A stretch of DNA of 64,000 nt from Staphylococcus phage vB_SurM-PSU4, in the sequence record OL436245.1, one strand, 5' to 3'. A model generated the notes under the pieces. That model saw only the letters and a list, made by a program, of their open reading frames with translations, had not been told where the DNA came from and did no database searches. The translations under genes and the position numbers were made by a program. Every line of letters starts with the position of its first letter. Positions within the stretch are counted from its first letter, which is position 1. Shown piece by piece: positions 38,006-46,436 of the stretch.

Positions 38006-39408
38006 CCCCTAGTTTCCTAGTATTTAAAGGGATTAGACTATATCATAAGAATACATTTATATATTTAAATACGGACTGTATTCTTCTCTGCTTTACTTCC
38101 TAATAAGTATTTATCTTTTAAGTCTTCTAAGTAATTTATAAGTTTTATTCCTGCTATTGTGTAAGGTATTCTAATCATCTCAATGTTATTATCTTTAGCG
38201 TACTTATTTTTTATATCATCTCTTATTTGTTGCTTTTTGAAGGCTTCTAAACCTCCAAAATATTCTATAGGTTCATAATGTTGTTTCCCATCATATTCAA
38301 TAAAAAGCCCATTCTCACCATAATCAGGTATATAAAAATCAAACTTTAAAATGTTAATATATCTACAATCCTCAAATGATTTTTGAAACTCATATATTAT
38401 ACCTTCATCTTTTAAAAATCCCGCTATTATATCTTCGCCATTAGAAATACTACTACATTGAGGGCATCCTGTTAACCTTAAAACATGATTAGGTTCAGCT
38501 TTAAAAACACATTTACACTCATTACATTGGAAAGATGTTTTAGTATGAGTATTTACATAATCACCTATCAAACTTATTTTACCTTTGTGAAAATACTCTA
38601 ATTGTTCTTGAACAACATCTATCTTCTTACGTTGAGATTCTTTAACATTTTCTATGATACATTGAGGACATACATTCTTCCTTCTTTTACTTATCATATT
38701 TATAGGTGTATTATAAAAATAAAAATCATGTACATTACATTTTAATTTTATACTTTCCGAATATCCTGTATATTCACCAATAACAGAAATATTATTATTG
38801 TACTTTTTATTTATCTCATCTTTAAACGTATCTGTTGTTTTAATTCTTTTTTGATTATCACAATAATAACATCTACTATTTCCTGTTAGGAAATTATTTG
38901 GTTTTACAGACCATTCATTACCACAAATGTTATGTTTCATAAGTATTTTATCTCTAGTTCTTGTATACTTACCAATAACTGTGTATTCATTACCTACTAA
39001 ATCATATATTTCTCGTTCAAATTCTTCTTGTGTTTTCTTTTTAGACATTCTTATCCCCCTTTCTTATCTTTTTATACTTATTAGGTTTTCTTATACTATT
39101 TTCGTTATCTCCATTCAGATAACTATTAGTAAGTTTAGTCGTTAGACATTTATCCTAACATTACTATATCATATATAAATATAGTTGTCAAGAATTTAGT
39201 ACGGTAGGTTCCCACTATCTGTGTATAGTCAGAGTTAGGGTTTCTTACCAGTATATTGTTTATCTATACATTATTTTACTATGCCCGTTTAACAGAGTTT
39301 TAGTTCCCCACTCTGTTATTTCATAGGGAACGTGAACATACACTTGACAGAATCTTTACTATGTGTATCTGCAAAATGCAACATCTTATTGTATCCAACT
39401 TCACTTAA
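38006..39408 (-). ncRNA. group I intron in terL carrying an endonuclease ORF; boundaries approximate
   Basis: R-like taaatgtctaacgactaaac (plus 39133-39152), S-like atgatatagtctaatccc (plus 38031-38046); the 3' end cccctagtttcctagtatttaaaggg is shared with the intron at 39479..39734. Confidence 0.5.
38065..39048 (-). CDS. intron-encoded endonuclease, paralog of 36562..37455 (CxxC repeats plus Vsr/DUF559-like domain)
   Basis: C-terminus FDFYIPDYGENGLFIEYDGKQHYEPIEYFGG ... NIEMIRIPY; N-terminal modules ending RCYYC, CPQC, CPQC. Confidence 0.6.
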   Translation of the reverse strand: MSKKKTQEEFEREIYDLVGNEYTVIGKYTRTRDKILMKHNICGNEWSVKPNNFLTGNSRCYYCDNQKRIKTTDTFKDEINKKYNNNISVIGEYTGYSESIKLKCNVHDFYFYNTPINMISKRRKNVCPQCIIENVKESQRKKIDVVQEQLEYFHKGKISLIGDYVNTHTKTSFQCNECKCVFKAEPNHVLRLTGCPQCSSISNGEDIIAGFLKDEGIIYEFQKSFEDCRYINILKFDFYIPDYGENGLFIEYDGKQHYEPIEYFGGLEAFKKQQIRDDIKNKYAKDNNIEMIRIPYTIAGIKLINYLEDLKDKYLLGSKAEKNTVRI

Positions 39409-39478
39409 TCCAAGTTGTCTCGATTTAAGTACTGCTATGTTAGGGTGTTTATCATTTATTATGGCAATCTGCCCGTTT
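39409..39478 (-). CDS. terL: terminase large subunit, short exon containing Walker A-like SRQLG
   Basis: minus-strand reading ...GQIAIINDKHPNIAVLKSRQLG between two intron cores; compare T4 gp17 Walker A SRQLGKT; the downstream exon may supply the K-T. Confidence 0.4.
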
Positions 39479-39734
39479 TATACCCCTAGTTTCCTAGTAT
39501 TTAAAGGGTTTGGACTATCTCATAGTTACTAATTTAGGTAAGTAACCCTCTTCTGTTACTTCTCTTAAAAAGAGCTTTCTTATACTGTTCTACACTCAAC
39601 CATTTATGAGCTTACCAGTAATTTTAGTCTCTAGGCATTTATGACTTATTAAGCCAATTTAGCAATTGATTGTCCTCGTCTTTACGTTAGGAGTTTCCAA
39701 TTTTAAGAAGAGTTTAAAGACCACAGCAAATTTA
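39479..39734 (-). ncRNA. group I intron (ORF-less) in terL; boundaries approximate
   Basis: R-like aaatgcctagagactaaaa (plus 39622-39640), S-like gagatagtcc (plus 39512-39523). Confidence 0.45.
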
Positions 39735-39935
39735 TGGTCTATGAGCTTGAGCTTTACTTTTATCTCTATTTGGTATAGAAAAAGTAATATTATGCCCACG
39801 AATTAAATTGTGTTTCAACATATAAGCAGTAGTACTAGACATTGTTAATACATAATCTAATTGTTCTTGGGTAACATTTGTAGTTCCATATGTGGATATG
39901 AGTAAGTCTTTTAATTGTTTTCCATCCATTTTCAT
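39735..39935 (-). CDS. terL: terminase large subunit, first exon (N-terminus MKMDGKQLKDLL...)
   Basis: ATG with RBS ggagac directly after the stop of 39938..40408; the in-frame stop at 39732 lies inside intron sequence. Confidence 0.4.
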
Positions 39936-39937
39936 AA

Positions 39938-40408
39938 TTAAAATGTCTCCGCATTTTGTTTATTCATAAGCTTCTCTTTTTCTGTAACCATTTCTGCTAC
40001 CTCATCGGCAGTCATTTCAGATAACTTATCTAAGTCCACATATTCATTTCCGTCTTCATCTACTTCACCTGTAGTTTCAACGAAGTTACTTAGTACAGCA
40101 CGTTCTTTTTCTCCTAATGCAGGTAGCGTACCCATACCACCTGAAGAGTTACCATTCATTTCACTAATTTGTCCGTACATGACTAATAATTTATAGATGT
40201 CGTTTGTGTCGTTTACATTGATTTCTCCACGCTCGACTTTATCTTCTAGTTTAATCATAAGTTTTTGTATGACACTTAAAAAACCATTGGATATAGCTTC
40301 ATTAGCATCTTCATTCTCTCGCTTTTTTTGCTTGAGTTGGTTTCTCATCGTATCTACTCTTGACTTCAAAAGTAAATCACTCCTCTTTCTTGTATTTATA
40401 ACAATCAC
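39938..40408 (-). CDS. hypothetical protein; candidate terminase small subunit by position only
   Basis: immediately upstream of, and translationally coupled to, terL exon 1. Confidence 0.3.
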   Translation of the reverse strand: MIVINTRKRSDLLLKSRVDTMRNQLKQKKRENEDANEAISNGFLSVIQKLMIKLEDKVERGEINVNDTNDIYKLLVMYGQISEMNGNSSGGMGTLPALGEKERAVLSNFVETTGEVDEDGNEYVDLDKLSEMTADEVAEMVTEKEKLMNKQNAETF

Positions 40409-40584
40409 TTAGTTTGTGACATATATCTAGTTGTAATACTTCACTGAAAACTAAGTGTAGGTGGTCATGCGAAGCAAAGGCTTTACCTGTTAGTTTATCA
40501 TATGTTGATAAGCTTCTCCCACAAATAGAGCATACCCTCGAAGAACTTGATATTCTTTTATCTCCTCTTTTTATATGTGTAACT

Positions 40585-40974
40585 TTAGATGCTCTTCTCT
40601 TTAACTTGTTCCTCGTCAGTTTTATCTTTTCTTTCAAGGTTTCTTCCACTCTCCTCACGAACTTTAGCTCGCATTCGAATCTCCTCTTTTGATATACCAT
40701 ATTCTTCTATTAATTCTTTCATGACTTCTACTTCTTCAGATGTTTCTCTTGTTTTTCTTAGTATATATTCTGGTAGAGGGTCTTCTCTTCTCTGTATAAC
40801 TTTTTCGTGTATCTTATTACCTGTATAGTAAGCAAACACACCTACGCTCACGTAAACTAATACAGATAATGGTCGGATACTGAAAGTAAGAGCCATAATG
40901 TCAGCAAAGGATAAAAAGCATAATAACACTACCATTCCTAATATTAGTTTAAGAAAGAATTCATTCACTTTCAT
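40585..40974 (-). CDS. membrane protein (N-terminal TM helices) with basic C-terminus
   Basis: hydrophobic N-terminal 60 aa; first gene of the leftward block, next to the divergent promoter region. Confidence 0.45.
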   Translation of the reverse strand: MKVNEFFLKLILGMVVLLCFLSFADIMALTFSIRPLSVLVYVSVGVFAYYTGNKIHEKVIQRREDPLPEYILRKTRETSEEVEVMKELIEEYGISKEEIRMRAKVREESGRNLERKDKTDEEQVKEKSI

Positions 40975-41171
40975 ATTTCTTTTTCACCTAAATTCATTTT
41001 AATTTATGTGTGTCACACGTAAAAACTTTTAGTGATACTATTACTAATATAATAACACAATAGAAATAACACATACAATTTAGTTGTGCACTATTATATC
41101 GTTACTGTAATTAACTACTATGTTATATTATTACTAGGTATTTATACTAGACTAAGAATGGTGTGTTATGA

Positions 41172-41438
41172 ATGATATTAACAACCTCTATCTCTATAGT
41201 TATCATTCTCTTTTATCTTTATTGCCTTATCATTGTTACAAGGAATTTATCATCTTCTATATATTTCAAAAGAACAGATAATATTTTAAAATATGGGCTA
41301 ATTATTATAATAATATTTCTGTTCTATGTGTCCACTATAATATTAACTTTGCAAAATAATACTATAGCTTTACTATCTATCCTAACAATCTTACTTATAT
41401 CTCTTACTATTACTATTATAACATACTTTACGAGGTAA
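41172..41438 (+). CDS. small membrane protein
   Basis: two long hydrophobic stretches. Confidence 0.45.
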   Translation: MILTTSISIVIILFYLYCLIIVTRNLSSSIYFKRTDNILKYGLIIIIIFLFYVSTIILTLQNNTIALLSILTILLISLTITIITYFTR

Positions 41439-41469
41439 TACAAATTCAATTAATAGGGGGTTAGAACTA

Positions 41470-41793
41470 ATGACTAAATACAGAGATGTGTTGAAAGTAG
41501 AATTTAAAGATGCTATTAGGCACTTTCTCAGAAATCGTAATGTGTATCACATATACAGAATAAACCGTCTTATGTCTAATGGTACACTTATCAACTTCGA
41601 TTTTTATTTTTTACCTTCTCAAAACCCTGAGAGAGTAATACAAGAAATAGATTTAAAAGATTATGGTAAATTAACTTTTGAAATAGATGTTACTAATTCC
41701 TATGGAAAAATAATTAGTGATGATTACAATGATGTCATAAATAAATTTATAGAAAATTATGACGTAGAATCAAAACACCTTGGAAAGAATTAG
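41470..41793 (+). CDS. hypothetical protein
   Basis: ORF. Confidence 0.45.
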   Translation: MTKYRDVLKVEFKDAIRHFLRNRNVYHIYRINRLMSNGTLINFDFYFLPSQNPERVIQEIDLKDYGKLTFEIDVTNSYGKIISDDYNDVINKFIENYDVESKHLGKN

Positions 41794-41805
41794 AGGTGTT
41801 ATATA

Positions 41806-42132
41806 GTGGAAAATTATGAAGACTTGTCACAAAAAGTAGAAACACTGAAAGAAAATATACAAGATAAAGGTTATATAGATAGTGCTACTTTTAAGGAGTT
41901 GGAAAATAGGGTTAATTTATTGAGTGATGCTGTAAAAGATTTGGATAAAGATATTGCTATTAAACAAGAAAAGCAAGCACAGATATATATTCAAATTGAT
42001 AGGTTAGATGAATTGATTAAAGAAATGAAAACCTCAACATCAACCAAAGAAGATAAAAAGAAAGACACTATCGAAAAAGTTTTACTTTTAATTATAGGTG
42101 GAATAATTTCTTTCGTGTTTAATAAATTATAA
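41806..42132 (+). CDS. coiled-coil protein with C-terminal TM anchor
   Basis: heptad-rich sequence ending LLLIIGGIISFVFNKL. Confidence 0.45.
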   Translation: MENYEDLSQKVETLKENIQDKGYIDSATFKELENRVNLLSDAVKDLDKDIAIKQEKQAQIYIQIDRLDELIKEMKTSTSTKEDKKKDTIEKVLLLIIGGIISFVFNKL

Positions 42133-42151
42133 TTGATAAGGAGAAAATGAA

Positions 42152-42355
42152 ATGATAGAGATAACTATGATTAGCGGAAAGATATATTATAAAAAAATGG
42201 AACAAAGTACAGAGAGAAGTAATGTAGGAGATATGCAAAAACTAATGTCAGGTAAGGGTAATGCTGTAGAAGCATACAGCACTGAAAGTTTTAACCAAGA
42301 AGATAAAGTATTTCTAAGTCCTTTTAATATTGAATCATTCCGTATTATCTTGTAA
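42152..42355 (+). CDS. hypothetical protein
   Basis: RBS aaggag before the ATG. Confidence 0.45.
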   Translation: MIEITMISGKIYYKKMEQSTERSNVGDMQKLMSGKGNAVEAYSTESFNQEDKVFLSPFNIESFRIIL

Positions 42356-43396
42356 TATGTTAAGTAAGTAAGTAAGGGTAATTAAGTTTACCCTTATTTT
42401 TTTATATATTTTTACTTGCTAGAGAGAAAAAAGTATGATATAGTGTGAATATATAGAAAAATATAGTTAATTTGATTTTACAAATTAGTAAAAGTATGAT
42501 ATACTATATTTAGTTAGAAATACATAACAATTAAATAAAGAGCTGATGAGTACACATAATGGTGAGATGTGTAGGAATAGCGACATTGAGGAAGTTAAAT
42601 CGGAGCTTCGAGCATCACCATGAAAATTCGATGGGTATATATGTAAATAAATAGTACAATGGTGCATATATTTCCAGATTTGGTGATGACTACCAATGTA
42701 CTAAAAAGGTCAGGGAGGTTTCTTGTTGTGCTTTGCACAGGGGAGCCTTGTTCCCATATACAGACTTCACGAGGGGCGGTAGCTATCCCCTCTTTAAACA
42801 TTATAACTAAAGGCTAAACGAAGTAGTATAGGTTGTTAGGACAAGAATTAACGTAAAACAAGGTTAGCACTAGACCGTAATCTATACATATTTTATACAC
42901 TATGATTATATCTTTCTAGTTACAATTCTGTTGTACCTAGGGGATAAGTCTACCCGTAATGCTACGCAAACCTAAACCAATAAAACACAAAACAAATAAC
43001 CTAAATAATTAATAACTTATTATTTACTGTAGACTTATCTAATAACTAAATAAATTAAATAATAAATATATAGACTTAAAAAAGAGAATAAGATATATAA
43101 CAAATTAGAGAGTATATAGAAAGTAACTAAATAATATATACAGTAAAATAAATAAATATACATAATATATAATTAAACTTAAAAGTATATAAATATATTA
43201 ATTTAAGTAAGTGATTGTAGTGAAGAATTAGAGCGAATCTTTATAACTTAATTATATACATATACATACATAAATATTTAGATATACTGGATAAATTAAT
43301 TTAGTATATATTTTTTTATATAAGTGTTGACATATTACGATTTATAAGATATAGTTAAACTATACTAATTATTCAAGATATTAATTAAAAAAGTTA

Positions 43397-43425
43397 TTGA
43401 CAAACACTAATCAATATATTATAAT
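43397..43425 (+). promoter_or_regulatory. consensus sigma-A promoter
   Basis: TTGACA 43397-43402, 17-nt spacer, TATAAT 43420-43425. Confidence 0.65.
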
Positions 43426-43464
43426 TAGATATATAAAATAAATTAAAGAAAAGGAAATGATAAT

Positions 43465-43674
43465 ATGAAAAAACAAGTAATGGTTTATAGTAAATTAGAA
43501 TGTCAAGAATGCGGAACTGATTTAAGTATTCCTAGAAAAAGAGCTAAGAAAAGAAGTGAAGGACACATTAAACATATGTATTGTCCTACATGCCAATCAA
43601 CAACAGGATTTGTAGAAACAAATAAAGATAAGTCATATGATTTTTGGGAACAATGGCAAGCACAATTTAACTAA
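43465..43674 (+). CDS. small zinc-ribbon protein
   Basis: CQECG ... CPTC pairs; RBS aaaggaaatg. Confidence 0.5.
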   Translation: MKKQVMVYSKLECQECGTDLSIPRKRAKKRSEGHIKHMYCPTCQSTTGFVETNKDKSYDFWEQWQAQFN

Positions 43675-43688
43675 GGAGATGATAAAAG

Positions 43689-43991
43689 ATGAGTAACTAT
43701 ACAAGACATGGACAGAAAAGAATACGTAAAAGACAAGGTGTTAAAAAAAGTAATTTAGAAGATGAAATAGATAAAGTGTTAGATGAAGGGTTAAGTCATG
43801 GAGACTGTAAAGGAAAACTTAAGAAATACTTAGACAGATTATGGTTTAGTCATAAGAGTGGTTACTTCAGAGTATATAAATCTAACATTTATATATTTGA
43901 CTTTAATACAGATAGGTTAATTACAATGTATGCTCTTCCTGGACACTTAAATAAGATATATCAACAATGTTTAAAAAAGAAGTCAATTTGA
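43689..43991 (+). CDS. hypothetical basic protein
   Basis: ORF. Confidence 0.45.
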   Translation: MSNYTRHGQKRIRKRQGVKKSNLEDEIDKVLDEGLSHGDCKGKLKKYLDRLWFSHKSGYFRVYKSNIYIFDFNTDRLITMYALPGHLNKIYQQCLKKKSI

Positions 43992-45424
43992 TTTTGTAGA
44001 AATGGACTTATGTGTTATAATGTACTTAAGTAGTTGATATACACTACTTAAACCACATACCCACCCTAAGTTCAGAGGGATTAAGTTCTCTCTGTTCATA
44101 CATAAATATTAGTGTATTGAAAGCACTTGTTATAATGACTGAATAATGGTTTGGTATCCATAAGGTATAAGATAATCAAACGAACTAAAACTTATCGGAG
44201 ACATAATGCTCCACTAGTAGGTAACTTACTGGAAGGAGCTACAATTGTAATCGGTAGGATGAGTCGTCATTAGTATTGTTTAATACGATTGGTATACTTG
44301 GTACTTGATTATAAGGACTGTAGAGTATGATAACAGCTAGAGTTTAACTTCTTCTTAGGGTCTTAGCGGAATCCTATGAAGATACGCTATAACGACTTCT
44401 TGTAGTTGGAGCACAGAAATGTGTTTGATAATAGAGGTTATCAGTACAAGTAGCATAAATCTACATTTCAAAAGATATATTTGGTAAATATAAAAGTGAA
44501 ACCAAATAAATTATTTCTTCAACCATGTGAACGTTACTAACTATTATGTTAGTATCACATTATCCTTTTGGATTGCGTGAGATGGACTTAAGGTAGCTCC
44601 TTAATAGAGTCAATCGTAGTGATTCACTTAATAACAGGTCTTATAATCAGGTTCTCGGTGAGACGAGTTATAACAAGTGCTTTGATTACATTAGTAATCT
44701 AATAACAATAATTCCTTCGTTTTATTCCTTACATTTTTTATTGTTATATTAAGTCTTAGGTATATGAAAAGATATTGTAGTTATCAAAATTTAAATCATA
44801 TAAATCCTCCTTTCCCTTTGTTTTTTTGTATAGATTCATTCTACAGACAAATCGAAGTAATATACCTATAAACCCACTTTAAATAATTAGTATGGATGAA
44901 TAGTGGGCTCCATACTATACATAAACATTTTAACATATGACTGTTTTTTTAGACCTTACCCTGTTTTCCAGTATAAAACAATAACTAATGGTAAGGGTAT
45001 ATTTGAAATTTAGACTTTTCATTAAGTCTTTCCGTTCGTGAAAAATGATTGAGGGTTTTGAGAGTTCCCCTTGGCTAACAATAACTCTCTTTATATCCCT
45101 TAATTGTGTAAAACATGAGAGATACCATGTCATTAGGGAGTTTCGGCTGGTAACTTCTTCCAGTCCAGTATCTAAATAGCTTATGGTGAGCGTATACGTC
45201 AGAAAAGACGTTAAAAACTTAGGATGACATTGACTGAGTAGGAATAATATGTTACTCGATTTCCCCACACGAGTATAAATAAGCATTGGGGAGCATACAT
45301 AATAGTAATTGATATTGCCCCTGTTTCAATCTTTATCAATTCTTTTTTACATATATTAAAAGGATAAAATTATATGAATGTATAGGAAATTACATATAAC
45401 TTATCTGATGAGAGGGGATTTAAT

Positions 45425-45661
45425 ATGGATAAACAATTACCTAAGTTTAGTATATTTAAAGTAACTAAATATAAAAAAGTTTCTGATATTCAAGTAGATA
45501 ACTCGAAAGAAGAAGGAAATGTTTCTATATCAAAAGAAGAATATTACTTTAGCACTAAAGAATTAGCACAGAAATATATTAGTCAATATAAATATGTAAT
45601 TAATATTGATTGTAAATTAAAAGAAATAAAAGTGAATGAGGAAGTTATTTTAAATGGCTAG
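45425..45661 (+). CDS. hypothetical protein
   Basis: ORF. Confidence 0.4.
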   Translation: MDKQLPKFSIFKVTKYKKVSDIQVDNSKEEGNVSISKEEYYFSTKELAQKYISQYKYVINIDCKLKEIKVNEEVILNG

Positions 45662-45839
45662 TTATAAACAAACTAACTATGTAAATAGTTTAATTGTAAA
45701 AGGTTTAATGGAAGATAAAATTAAAGACAAACAAGACTTATTAGATAAGTTAGAAATCCTTGATGGGGTTAGTTTATCAGATTTTGATACAAAAGAGACT
45801 TCCGATATTATTAAAAAATTAAATACAATAGTAGAATAA
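45654..45839 (+). CDS. hypothetical protein
   Basis: ORF overlapping the previous stop (ATGGCTAG). Confidence 0.4.
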   Translation: MASYKQTNYVNSLIVKGLMEDKIKDKQDLLDKLEILDGVSLSDFDTKETSDIIKKLNTIVE

Positions 45840-45914
45840 AATTGCTATATTATCCATTGAAGATTAAAAGTCTTTGATGGATTTTTTTATATAATATTAT
45901 AGGAGTGATAGATA

Positions 45915-46436
45915 GTGTCAAAAGATACTAACCAGAAAAAACCTAAAGTATTTTTAGGTCAAAACTTATCTACACGTGTACGTAGTCCTTATTTTTGGAC
46001 AGGTGTTGTAGGTATTTTAGGTAGTGCAGTTGTATCATTCGGTGGATTAATAGGTGTAGACTTATCAGCTCAAGTAGATAATGTCACAGCTAACTCAAGT
46101 AAAATTATTGAGTTTATTTTCTTAATCCTTGGATTGTTAGGTGTTTCAGTAGACCCTAATAGTAAAGGTAGAAAAGATAGTGAGATTGTGAGAACTAGTT
46201 ACAAAAAACCTAGAAATGATAAAGACCCTAACGAATTTGTTCAATGGCAAGAAAATGCAAAACAAACAAGTGCTTTTGAGATAGACGAATACGAAAACAA
46301 TGCAGAGCCTGATACAGATGATAGTGATGAAGTACTTGCTATCGAAGATGAGATTGATGGGGGCTCAGCACCTTCTCAAGAGGAAGAAGATACTGAGGAA
46401 CATGGTAAAGTATTTGCAGAGGATGAAGTTAAGTAA
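45915..46436 (+). CDS. holin
   Basis: two hydrophobic helices ([21 protein letters not shown] and [16 protein letters not shown]) plus an acidic C-terminal tail; its stop overlaps the endolysin ATG. Confidence 0.65.
   Translation: MSKDTNQKKPKVFLGQNLSTRVRSPYFWTGVVGILGSAVVSFGGLIGVDLSAQVDNVTANSSKIIEFIFLILGLLGVSVDPNSKGRKDSEIVRTSYKKPRNDKDPNEFVQWQENAKQTSAFEIDEYENNAEPDTDDSDEVLAIEDEIDGGSAPSQEEEDTEEHGKVFAEDEVK

Noticed and set aside
39164-39178. Additional S-like element actatatcat upstream of the R element at 39133
   Set aside because: Wrong order relative to R (S must follow R in the RNA) and it lacks the terminal CC; probably a chance match within the endonuclease-flanking sequence.
42485-42801. 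Minus-strand ORFs 42485..42667 and 42595..42801 in the ORF-free structured region
   Set aside because: No RBS, overlapping each other, odd composition; more likely non-coding.
44930-45286. Minus-strand 118-aa ORF in the 1.4-kb ORF-free stretch
   Set aside because: No RBS or promoter context and a low-complexity Leu/Ser/Thr-rich translation; the region looks like decayed or non-coding sequence.
42300-45450. tRNA genes expected in this neighbourhood for Kayvirus
   Set aside because: Scanning both strands for GTTCGA/GTTCAA T-loops with a flanking 5-bp stem, and for AGCTCAG D-loops, gave no cloverleaf candidate. I report none rather than guess; this needs tRNAscan-SE.
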